Source: Candidatus Bathyarchaeia archaeon (GTDB taxonomy: Archaea; Thermoproteota; Bathyarchaeia; Bathyarchaeales; Bathycorpusculaceae). From it: 64,000 bases of DNA. Below, piece by piece: positions 1 to 8,419 of this stretch (positions are counted from its first letter, which is position 1; each line of letters starts with the position of its first letter). Location of the stretch: the NCBI GenBank assembly GCA_050012755.1, contig JBEKGO010000001.1, forward strand, positions 32,001 to 96,000, written 5' to 3'. The translations under genes and the position numbers were made by a program. The notes below the pieces were generated by a model. The model searched no databases. It was not told the DNA's origin and worked only from the letters and a program-made list of their open reading frames with translations.

Positions 1-389
1 AAACAGATGACCCTTGGCAGCAAACCCTCAATACGCTTAACATGCCCAGAAACATCAATTGGGATACGCTGAGCAGAGTGTACGAGTTTCAACCCAGTAA
101 CTATGAGGAACTGTTAAGTGTGAAAGGAGTTGGGCCGGCCACGGTTCGCGGTTTAGCACTTGTAGCAGAGTTAGTTTATGGAGAAAAACCAAGTTGGGAA
201 GATCCAGTGAAATTCAGTTTTGCATTCGGAGGCAAAGACGGTGTTCCCTATCCAGTTGATCGCAAAGCAATGGATGAATCAATCCAAATTCTCAAGGAAT
301 CGGTGCAGCAAGCTAAAATCGGAGATAAAGAGAAACTGCGTTCGCTTCAGAATCTAATGCGGTTTGTTCCAGAGGATGCAAACTCTTAA
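1..389 (+). CDS. DUF763 family protein, C-terminal part (5' truncated by window edge)
   Basis: Frame open from position 3. HhH-like LLSVKGVGPATVRGLALVAEL and FSFAFGGKDGVPYPVD motifs typical of DUF763. Confidence 0.85.
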   Translation, partial: TDDPWQQTLNTLNMPRNINWDTLSRVYEFQPSNYEELLSVKGVGPATVRGLALVAELVYGEKPSWEDPVKFSFAFGGKDGVPYPVDRKAMDESIQILKESVQQAKIGDKEKLRSLQNLMRFVPEDANS

Positions 390-429
390 AACAAGTTAAA
401 CCCACTAAGGTTGCTGAGGAATCAATGGG

Positions 430-1050
430 TTGTCTGATTCTAGGGCAAACAGTCTGCAAAGAATTGGTGCGGCAAGCGGAATAATAGCTCCCATTTTCGC
501 ATTCATCTGCATCATAATTGCAATCGCAACCCATCTCCAATTCAGTTGGATAAATAATGCCCTAAGCGACTTGGGAGTTATACAGGGTGTTACGGGGATA
601 ATTTTCAATGTCGGGCTGTTCGCTTGTGGCCTTCTCGCCTTAAACTTTGCAATATTTGGCATGTACTCATATTTTAAGGGAAATTTGCTTGGCAAAATTG
701 GCGTAGGTGTCTTTGCAGCGGCAACAATAGCTTTAATCTGCATAGGAATATTTAACGAAAATTTTTCTCCAACACACTACTTGGTTTCTGTTGCTTTCTT
801 TGTATTTCTACCAATTTCTCTGTTGATTATTACAGGCACTTTCGCAGTTAAACACCAAACAAAGATGGCTATGTTCACGATACTTGTTGCAATCATCGCT
901 GCAGCTCCATGGGTTCTGTATTTTATAATCCATTATGCACCAAACGTAGCCATTCCAGAAATCATCTCTGGTCTCGCCGGAGCAAGCTGGATAATTACAT
1001 TAGGCATCAAAATTCTTGAAAAAAACAGATCCATTGAAACAATTAATTAA
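430..1050 (+). CDS. DUF998 family multi-pass membrane protein
   Basis: FSWINNALSDLG motif followed by about 6 hydrophobic segments; H in 'PTHYLVS'. Confidence 0.75.
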   Translation: MSDSRANSLQRIGAASGIIAPIFAFICIIIAIATHLQFSWINNALSDLGVIQGVTGIIFNVGLFACGLLALNFAIFGMYSYFKGNLLGKIGVGVFAAATIALICIGIFNENFSPTHYLVSVAFFVFLPISLLIITGTFAVKHQTKMAMFTILVAIIAAAPWVLYFIIHYAPNVAIPEIISGLAGASWIITLGIKILEKNRSIETIN

Positions 1051-1061
1051 CGTTTCAGGTA

Positions 1062-1976
1062 TTATTTTAAAAGAGGCGAAAGATTTCGAGGCATTTCACC
1101 TAAATAATCAGTCAAACTAAGCAACTGCAATTTCTGCATGGTTAACGCTGGAATTTGCTCGCGGGGTATACCTTTTAGCAGAAACTTGGTTTCCTGCTCA
1201 TCAAACTCAGCTGTTTCCCCAAACCTGCCCAGATATGGCTTGTTTTCGGGGCACGCGGCTTGGCATCTGATACAACCTACTATGCAATTGTGCCACTGGG
1301 GTTTAATCCATTTTGGGAACGGGATTTTGCCGTCTTTCTCGTTATGGTATGTGAGGCACTTTTCTGCGTAGAGCAAGAAACGATTTTTAGAAATGGCTCC
1401 GGTTGGACAAGCATTTTGACACAAGTTGCAGTTCACGCAGGCTTTCATCATTTCCGGTTCATGCCAATTATCCATTTCACATGGCATATTCGAGTAAACG
1501 GCGGTTAAACGCATGAAACTGCCCATTTCGCCAACATAAGCGATGTTGTTTCGCCCATATGCTGCTAACCCACTACACACTGAAAGCAACTTCAGCGGCA
1601 AATTGGGCGTAGCAATTTTGTACCCTCCCTTCTCAACCGCTTTTGCCACTGCGTGTTCAACAAGCAATCTCTTTTCATCGTATGCTGTGTAAGTGGGAGG
1701 CAAAATCAAGGCTTGTTTTTCTCCGTTCCAATTAAAAATCGCCTTTGTCGGCGGTCTGGGCATGGCAACCACGATGATTGATTCTGCATTTTTTAGTTCT
1801 TCAGGTGGAGTAAATTTGAATTGAGACAGATGCTGCTGGACAAATTCGCTGTCAAGCTGTCCCTGCTCTATGAGATTTTCGATTTCACGCTGTAAATCAG
1901 CAAGATGCCTCGTCGAAACAACTTTGAACTTACATTTTTCCTTCGTTAATTCCGCAAAATCAATCTCAGCTGTCAT
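1062..1976 (-). CDS. QueG/reductive-dehalogenase-like double 4Fe-4S protein
   Basis: SGLAAYGRNN, GSFMRL, CxxCxxCxxxCPTGAI and C...GCxxCQxxCP cluster motifs. Confidence 0.75.
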   Translation of the reverse strand: MTAEIDFAELTKEKCKFKVVSTRHLADLQREIENLIEQGQLDSEFVQQHLSQFKFTPPEELKNAESIIVVAMPRPPTKAIFNWNGEKQALILPPTYTAYDEKRLLVEHAVAKAVEKGGYKIATPNLPLKLLSVCSGLAAYGRNNIAYVGEMGSFMRLTAVYSNMPCEMDNWHEPEMMKACVNCNLCQNACPTGAISKNRFLLYAEKCLTYHNEKDGKIPFPKWIKPQWHNCIVGCIRCQAACPENKPYLGRFGETAEFDEQETKFLLKGIPREQIPALTMQKLQLLSLTDYLGEMPRNLSPLLK

Positions 1977-2083
1977 GAAACTACTCTTTCTGTTATTTCG
2001 CCCTTATTTGTTTATGCTTCCTTCTATCTAGGGAACGGTTATATTTTTATTGTTGCAGTTTCACTTAATTGCCGTACCTAGGT

Positions 2084-2254
2084 GGGGTCGTAGTCCAGCC
2101 AGGGTAAGACGACGGGCTCCAGAAACAGTTCGGGTTTGCTGACTCCTTCGGGGGAATGATATAATTCTGGAGCTGTCTTGAAGAAACCCGTAAACTTTGG
2201 CTTCTCGCCATTGTTGGGTAAAGGTCGTCGGTTCAAATCCGGCCGGCCCCACCA
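2084..2254 (+). tRNA. tRNA-Trp(CCA) with two introns (about 2123-2185 at 37/38; about 2192-2221 at 43/44) and encoded 3' CCA
   Basis: Acceptor stem GGGGTCG/CGGCCCC + ACCA; anticodon stem ACGGG/CCCGT with CT-CCA-G; T arm GTCGG-TTCAAAT-CCGGC; variable loop AGGTC restored after removing the second insert; bulge-helix-bulge-like junctions at both introns. Confidence 0.9.
2123..2185 (+). ncRNA. Intron-encoded box C/D guide RNA targeting its own tRNA-Trp (predicted Cm39, plus an anticodon-loop site)
   Basis: Guide CGGGTTT(G) 2131-2138 precedes CTGA 2139-2142 and pairs with AAACCCG, with the N+5 rule landing on C39. CUCC-UUCG-GGGG hairpin, C-like ATGATA 2156-2161, and second guide TTCTGGAGC 2165-2173 complementary to GCTCCAGAA. 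Confidence 0.75.
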
Positions 2255-2427
2255 CAGCTCTTTCTTAAGAGGTGATTCTAAAAAGCGTTCCCACTGCAGA
2301 TTTCTCTGAATTTCAACCACCATTACTCCAAAAAGCCTAACTTTCTATTGTGTAACATTCTGTTGCTCCATTCGAGTTAGTCTAGCTTTTTAAGCAGCGA
2401 CTCGTCAACGCTGTTAGGCGTATCACG

Positions 2428-3369
2428 ATGCCATCTATAGAAGCAGTTAATTTAACAAAACAATACGGCTCATTCACGGCTCTCTCAGCTTTAAACCTGA
2501 AGCTTGAAGGGGCTAAATGCGTAGGTTTTCTGGGTCCGAACGGTGCAGGAAAAACAACTGCGCTCAAAATGTTCACAGATTTAATTCGTCCTACTTCGGG
2601 TGAAGCCCTAATAAACGGTATTAACGTGCATACTGAGAAGAAAAAAGCGTTGGCATCTGTTTCTTCGTTAATCGAGACGCCCGAAATATATCCTTCATTG
2701 ACACCACGTGAAGCTTTGTCGATGATTGCCGAAATACGGGGAGTGCCCTCGGCAGAGATTAAGAAGAGAATAGAAGAGGCTATCTCTGAAGTGCACATGA
2801 ATGAGTGGATCGATAAGAGAGTCGGGAGATTTTCCAAGGGGATGAAACAGAGAATTTGCGTTGCTTCAACGCTTCTCAGTAACCCATCTATCCTTCTTCT
2901 GGATGAACCCACCACTGGACTTGATCCAAGAGGGATGAGTGAGGTCAGAGATATTGTCAAATCTTTCAAGAGCAAGAATAGACTGATTTTCATGAGCTCT
3001 CACATTCTTAGCGAAGTTTCGGAAGTATGCGATGAAGTAGCCATGATTGACCATGGAAAACTGCTCGTGTACGACACAATTTCCAATGTCACTGCCAAAT
3101 TCTCTGGAGGCGCAAACATGGTTGAAGTTGGACTTCAGCGTCCCATTGATGCCCAAATGATAACACAAAAGATCGCCAAACTTCCCGATGTAGTCTCAGC
3201 AGAGCAAACAGATGGCAAAAACTTGCGAATTAGGTTTAGCGGAGGATTGGATGTGCAAGAACGGATTCTTTCTGATCTGGTAAAACTGAATATCGGCGTA
3301 ATAAGTTACAGAGTGGCATCCTCGGAACTCGAAGGTGTCTATCTAAATCTAATCAAGGAAACAGTGTGA
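2428..3369 (+). CDS. ABC-2 type exporter ATP-binding protein
   Basis: Walker A GPNGAGKTT, signature FSKGMKQR, Walker B LLLDEPTTGLD, SSH switch. Confidence 0.93.
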   Translation: MPSIEAVNLTKQYGSFTALSALNLKLEGAKCVGFLGPNGAGKTTALKMFTDLIRPTSGEALINGINVHTEKKKALASVSSLIETPEIYPSLTPREALSMIAEIRGVPSAEIKKRIEEAISEVHMNEWIDKRVGRFSKGMKQRICVASTLLSNPSILLLDEPTTGLDPRGMSEVRDIVKSFKSKNRLIFMSSHILSEVSEVCDEVAMIDHGKLLVYDTISNVTAKFSGGANMVEVGLQRPIDAQMITQKIAKLPDVVSAEQTDGKNLRIRFSGGLDVQERILSDLVKLNIGVISYRVASSELEGVYLNLIKETV

Positions 3370-4250
3370 TAAACATGGTCGAAACCGAAACAACAATTGG
3401 AAATAAAGTGCCAAGTAGTATGGCGCAAATCGGCATCACAATGAAATACACATTTCTTGAGTATTTCAGATCACGCAGATTCCTAATACTTCTGATTATC
3501 ACTCTCGCGATAGCCGCGGCCCTTACTATTGTAGTGGCGTGGAGGCGACCTGTAGGCTTTCTATCTTCAAACTTAGGGTTTTACTCCAGCTGGTGGGGTG
3601 GTGCAGGCAGTTTCAGCATAGTAACGTTTGTAATTATACTTTCAGGAATTTTCTTCGGCGGAGACGCAATTTCAGGAGAATTTCAGAATAAGACAGGTTA
3701 CTTCGGAATCCCAAATCCTATTAGAAGATCTTCAATATATATTGGAAAATGGCTATCGGCTTTCTTAGCTGCCACTGCAATACTGGTCCTGTTCACAATA
3801 GTCACAATCGCTAATGGAGTTTACTATTTTGGCTCAGCAGGGTTACCGTACCAATTCCTCGAGTCTTTAATCTTTGCATGGTTTTATCTTGCGGCAGTGA
3901 TGGGATTCACATTTTTTTTCAGTTCGCTGTTCAAGAGCAGTTCCATATCTATTCTGGTAACGGTTATCCTTTTTCTGTTCGGATTCACGTTAATTCAAAC
4001 GCTGGTCTCAGACCTTGTCGGAATTGAACCCTGGTTTGTTCTAACTTACGGTGCAGGAATAATAGGAAACATTCTAACTTCGCCATATCCGTTGCATCAA
4101 ATTACACAGACAGAAACGTTCAGAAACCAAACAATTACAACCACCACTTTCCACGCTACAATACCAGAAGGGCTCGCAATCATAGGACTCTACTTCATAA
4201 TCACTGCAATCTTGGGTTTGCTTCTCTTCGAAAGAAAAGAATTCAACTAA
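3366..4250 (+). CDS. ABC-2 type exporter permease
   Basis: About 6 TM segments; ISGEFQNKT...PIRRSSIYIGK motif; overlaps ATPase stop. Confidence 0.88.
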   Translation: MINMVETETTIGNKVPSSMAQIGITMKYTFLEYFRSRRFLILLIITLAIAAALTIVVAWRRPVGFLSSNLGFYSSWWGGAGSFSIVTFVIILSGIFFGGDAISGEFQNKTGYFGIPNPIRRSSIYIGKWLSAFLAATAILVLFTIVTIANGVYYFGSAGLPYQFLESLIFAWFYLAAVMGFTFFFSSLFKSSSISILVTVILFLFGFTLIQTLVSDLVGIEPWFVLTYGAGIIGNILTSPYPLHQITQTETFRNQTITTTTFHATIPEGLAIIGLYFIITAILGLLLFERKEFN

Positions 4251-4279
4251 GAAAGGCAAATTCGAAGGTTTTCTCAGAC

Positions 4280-4312
4280 TAAAGCTGCCCGGCTCAAATT
4301 CCAACCGGTATC
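4280..4312 (+). repeat. Degenerate copy of a tRNA 3' half (possible att-site remnant)
   Basis: TAAAGCTGCCCGGCTCAAATTCCAACCGG aligns with tRNA-Trp TAAAGGTCGTCGGTTCAAATCCGGCCGG at roughly two-thirds identity. Confidence 0.4.
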
Positions 4313-4429
4313 TTCTTAACTTTTTAATTCCTTTTAGAAACAAAAGCAACTAAACACTCTCCAGAAAGGAAATTGAAAAAAGGAATAAGCTAATACGTTA
4401 AAAAGGAACATTAGGTTTAAGAGATTCCT

Positions 4430-5215
4430 TTGGGAAACAATCGAAGTCGAAATAATCTGCGAAAAAACGCTCCAAAACTAATTGTTGCAGCTATAGCCAT
4501 CGCTATCGTGGTTTACGTTTTGTTTGAGATTTTGGAAGATGTCTTTATTGAAGGTGCTCCAATGACAAGCGGGCCACTGATTAGCGCAATAATTTCTTTA
4601 ACTCATAATGTAAAAGACACCGTTCAGTCTTGGGGCTACGCCGGCATTTTCGTGCTGATGTTGCTTGAATCGAGTTCTCTGCCAATTCCAAGCGAAGTGG
4701 TTCTTCCTTTTGCCGGCTACTTAGCTTCTAGTGGCCTCCTAAATTTTTGGATTGCAGTCACAATTGCAACGGTTGCGGGGATAGTAGGATCACTTGTTGA
4801 TTACTACATTGGATTAAAAGGTGTTCAATCTCTTGCCAAACACAAGATTTTAGGCAGAGTGCTCTTATCTCAAACTCAACTTGAAATTGCTGCATCATGG
4901 TTTAGCAGGCATGGCGCCTCAATGGTGTTTCTTAGCCGACTCTTACCAGGTTTCAGAACGATAGTTTCATTTCCTGCTGGAGCAGTTAGGATGAAACTAC
5001 TGAAGTTTATAGCTTTTACAGCGGCGGGTTGCATCTTTTGGAACGTGATTTTGATTTATGTTGGATGGTATTTAGGGAATAATTGGGATGAGGTTGCAGG
5101 TATTTCTCGTTATTTAATTTTAGCAAGTGTAGTTGGCGCTTTGGTCTTGGTTGCTTACATCCTGATTAGAAGAAAGCGAATTAAGGCAGAAGCAGTAAAG
5201 CATCGATTGATGTAA
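4430..5215 (+). CDS. DedA family membrane protein
   Basis: LESSSLPIPSEVVLPFAG and SRLLPGFRTIVSFPAG DedA motifs. Confidence 0.92.
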   Translation: MGNNRSRNNLRKNAPKLIVAAIAIAIVVYVLFEILEDVFIEGAPMTSGPLISAIISLTHNVKDTVQSWGYAGIFVLMLLESSSLPIPSEVVLPFAGYLASSGLLNFWIAVTIATVAGIVGSLVDYYIGLKGVQSLAKHKILGRVLLSQTQLEIAASWFSRHGASMVFLSRLLPGFRTIVSFPAGAVRMKLLKFIAFTAAGCIFWNVILIYVGWYLGNNWDEVAGISRYLILASVVGALVLVAYILIRRKRIKAEAVKHRLM

Positions 5216-5227
5216 CAGTAGGACTGC

Positions 5228-6253
5228 TTAACTTTCCATGGTTATTTTTGGTTTCACGTCGCCTTTAATGCCTAGCGCCTTTGCTTCTTGAACTTGCAAC
5301 ATGCAATCCACATGCGAGGCTTCATTGAATAATTTATAATTAATCATTGACAGAAATGCCGCGTCAATTGAGACTGGAGAATTAGCGGCAAAGATTCCGA
5401 CGTCTTTCATAATGACTTCCCCTGGACTAGGCAAGCAATCACAGTTTGGAGTTATGTCTTTGGCGAAGCTGACATATGACACTTTTTTTGCTTTGAAGGT
5501 CGAGAGAACGCCAAAAGCTGCTGAAGCAAGCGCTCTGCAAATGTTTTCCTGATTCACGAAACTTATGGCTTCCATAGGGCAAGCCTGCTTGCACATTGGA
5601 CAGCGCATGCAAAGATTAGAGGTATTTCTTGCTTTTCCTTCGATAATCTCAGGCAGATTCATTGCGCATGCTTCTTTGCATTTGCCACAGCCCACACATT
5701 TGGTTGTGTCTATTTCTATACCTACGGTTCTGTGTTGCCGAAATTTGCCAGCTTTTGGGGTGCAGCCCATGCCCAAGTTTTTTATGGCTCCGCCGAACCC
5801 GCTGATTTCATGACCTTTGCAGTGAGTGACAACAATCATTGCGTCAGCTTCCGCAATAGCTCCTGAGACTTCAATCTCTTTCAAGATGCCTTTAGTGGGC
5901 ACTGTTCTGTAATTTTCGCTTTTCAATCCATCCGCCACAATAAATGGCGCCATGTTAAATCCGTTCATCAACGCGTTATTCATGTGGTCGTAGGCATTGC
6001 TGCGCTGTGCGTGATAATATGTGTTTGAGTCTGTTAGGAACGGTTTGCCTCCTGCTTCCTTAACTCTGCGAACGATGTCATGGACGAAAACTGGTTGCAC
6101 ATAATATGGATTGCCCAGCTCTCCAACATGGAACTTAACGGCGACAAGATCGCCTTTTTGTATGCAATCGAAAGTTCCAGCCGCATCATAAAGCCGATTT
6201 GCTTCTTCTACCAGGTTAAGTTTAGTGTTCCACGGAAGTAAATGAACAGGCAT
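5228..6253 (-). CDS. DUF362 domain Fe-S protein with 2x[4Fe-4S] ferredoxin insert
   Basis: VKFHVGELGN, THCKGHEISGFGGAIKNLGMGC, two CxxCxxCxxxC motifs, TPNCDC. Confidence 0.88.
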   Translation of the reverse strand: MPVHLLPWNTKLNLVEEANRLYDAAGTFDCIQKGDLVAVKFHVGELGNPYYVQPVFVHDIVRRVKEAGGKPFLTDSNTYYHAQRSNAYDHMNNALMNGFNMAPFIVADGLKSENYRTVPTKGILKEIEVSGAIAEADAMIVVTHCKGHEISGFGGAIKNLGMGCTPKAGKFRQHRTVGIEIDTTKCVGCGKCKEACAMNLPEIIEGKARNTSNLCMRCPMCKQACPMEAISFVNQENICRALASAAFGVLSTFKAKKVSYVSFAKDITPNCDCLPSPGEVIMKDVGIFAANSPVSIDAAFLSMINYKLFNEASHVDCMLQVQEAKALGIKGDVKPKITMES

Positions 6254-6374
6254 CGTACTTCTTCCTCGCTTGACTATTTGAGAATTTTAATATAAACCTA
6301 ACTCAGGTTTGCGATTCCAAAATTACAACCCAAATATACCTGATTATTGTCATGTTTTCTTGATGTAATGCCGA

Positions 6375-7277
6375 ATGGGCAAGCTTGAGTGTTACGGATT
6401 AGCGAAGGTTTACGAGGATCACAGAAAGGCACTTGAGGACGTCAGTTTCTCTGTTGAAACTAAAGGTATTTTTGGTTTAATCGGCAGAAACGGCGCTGGA
6501 AAAACCACACTTATCCGAATCCTCGCCACTGAGCTTGAACCCACTGCTGGAACCGCAAGCATCAACGGTTTTAACATACTCACACAGGAAAATCAATTGA
6601 GAGAAAAAATTGCGATAGTCCCTCAGGAAGCCAGAACAATAAGGTGGATGACTCCTAAACAAACCGTTTTTTCCTATCTTCTTTGGCGAGGATACAACTA
6701 TAATGATGCAAAAAAACTTGCCGACAAGTCGCTAGCAAATCTTGGCCTAGAACAATACGCAAACGTTTTGAATAGTCGCCTCTCTGGTGGAACAAAAAGG
6801 AAAGTTCTTATCGCCACAGTAACTGCTTCAGAAGCAGACATTATTTTTCTTGACGAACCCACAACCGGTCTTGATCCAATCTCGAGACGTGAACTTTGGG
6901 AAATTCTTCGAGCGCTAGGAAGAGACCGGTTCATTTTTCTTACCACTCACTATCTTGAAGAAGCAGAACAACTCGCAGATAGAATAGGTATTCTTAAAGA
7001 TGGAAAATTAGTTTCTGTAGGAACCCTATTAGAACTGAGACACAGCTCAAAATATCAATACAGCATTAAACTGCCCCCGAACACACCTCTTCCATCTTTG
7101 AAAGACGCCGAAGTAACCACAAGCAAAACGGGAGTCACCCAAGTAATGACTCATGAAGAGGAGGCTTTCCGATTGGCTAAACTGTTCGCTGAACAAGGGG
7201 TAAAATTCTCTATTACACCAGTTACTTTAGATGATATTTTCTTTAGCCTTGTGGGGCAAAAAGCAGGAGATACATGA
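6375..7277 (+). CDS. ABC exporter ATP-binding protein
   Basis: GRNGAGKTT, LSGGTKRK, FLDEPTTGLD, TTHYLEEAE. Confidence 0.93.
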   Translation: MGKLECYGLAKVYEDHRKALEDVSFSVETKGIFGLIGRNGAGKTTLIRILATELEPTAGTASINGFNILTQENQLREKIAIVPQEARTIRWMTPKQTVFSYLLWRGYNYNDAKKLADKSLANLGLEQYANVLNSRLSGGTKRKVLIATVTASEADIIFLDEPTTGLDPISRRELWEILRALGRDRFIFLTTHYLEEAEQLADRIGILKDGKLVSVGTLLELRHSSKYQYSIKLPPNTPLPSLKDAEVTTSKTGVTQVMTHEEEAFRLAKLFAEQGVKFSITPVTLDDIFFSLVGQKAGDT

Positions 7278-8021
7278 TTGAGGCGAAATAGACTGAGCCA
7301 GATTCTTGCAGGTGTACTTGTAAACGCCATTTATGAAATGAAAAATTACCCCGTTGTACTAATCAGTACAGTTATTTCGCCGCTTTCGCTTCTGGCAGTC
7401 GTTACCTTTGTAACAAACGGTGCCCTTTTTGGAACCGCAATCGAAGGCGGCTTAATAATGATTTTTTTCTCAAGCGGAATTGCTCTTCAATCAGACCTTT
7501 CTCACTTAAAAAATGATTTCAAGCTTCAAGACATGGTTGTGAGTTCGCCTACAAGCGCTCGTTTGTATATGGGTGGAATGGCATTAGCAGAAATAGTGTA
7601 CTCAATTCCAGGTATCGTTATTCTTATTGTGCTGGCTGGAATCTACCTGCACCCTTCACTTCTTCAAATAGCAATCTTATCCATCGTATTGTTGTTGATG
7701 TTTGCGATTTCGGTGGCTTTAGGGTTCATGTTGTCTACTTTTTCAAATGATGTAGTTCAAAGCTACGCTTTTTCTCGACTTCTTTCACTATTGTTTGCTA
7801 CTCTACCGCCAGTTTATTATCCTATAACCTATATTCCTGCACCATTTAACTATCTTGCTTATCTTTCCCCCACAACCTATGCTGCAGAAATTATGCATTC
7901 AGCAACCGGCTACCTCAAAATATCAAGTATTCTGTTAATCTTTGATTGGGCAGTTTTAATAGCGGTGAGCGCAGTTATTTTGTACATTGCCGTAAAAAAA
8001 ACGCGATGGAAAGATGTTTAG
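7278..8021 (+). CDS. ABC-2 exporter permease
   Basis: 6 TM segments; PVYYP...LSPTTYA ABC-2 motif; abuts the ATPase gene. Confidence 0.88.
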   Translation: MRRNRLSQILAGVLVNAIYEMKNYPVVLISTVISPLSLLAVVTFVTNGALFGTAIEGGLIMIFFSSGIALQSDLSHLKNDFKLQDMVVSSPTSARLYMGGMALAEIVYSIPGIVILIVLAGIYLHPSLLQIAILSIVLLLMFAISVALGFMLSTFSNDVVQSYAFSRLLSLLFATLPPVYYPITYIPAPFNYLAYLSPTTYAAEIMHSATGYLKISSILLIFDWAVLIAVSAVILYIAVKKTRWKDV

Positions 8022-8024
8022 AAT

Positions 8025-8276
8025 TTAGTATTTTTTTCCTAAACTAAGCCTTTTTTGAACTTCCTGAGCTTGGGCTTCGTTATCGGCTAAGATGTTAACC
8101 CACAGGTCAAATTCTGCTTTTGAAATTTCTTTTTGAATGATGCCTTTTTGGTCTCCTGAGAAAAATCTTGACGAGCTACTAGCAAAATGTTTTACATAAA
8201 AAATTCGATCCGCAATTACCAATTCTGAAGAACAGCCTGCCCGCTCGCCAGCAGTATAATCGACTTCATAGCCCAT
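8025..8276 (-). CDS. Small hypothetical protein (83 aa)
   Basis: ATG preceded by GGAGG SD-like sequence; fills gap convergent to the permease. Confidence 0.7.
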   Translation of the reverse strand: MGYEVDYTAGERAGCSSELVIADRIFYVKHFASSSSRFFSGDQKGIIQKEISKAEFDLWVNILADNEAQAQEVQKRLSLGKKY

Positions 8277-8419
8277 TGCAGCGACCTCCCGTAAGCGTTG
8301 ATTTCTTATTTACTTAAATTTTCTCTTCGCAAAACGGGATTTTGTTGCTTGTTCCAGCGCTTTAATCGGGCTAATAGCAAGATTTACTCATGAATATATT
8401 TTGTTGATGATCAGATTTC

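Noticed and set aside
2061-2323. Two minus-strand ORFs (64 and 81 aa)
   Set aside because: Antisense shadows of the tRNA-Trp gene.
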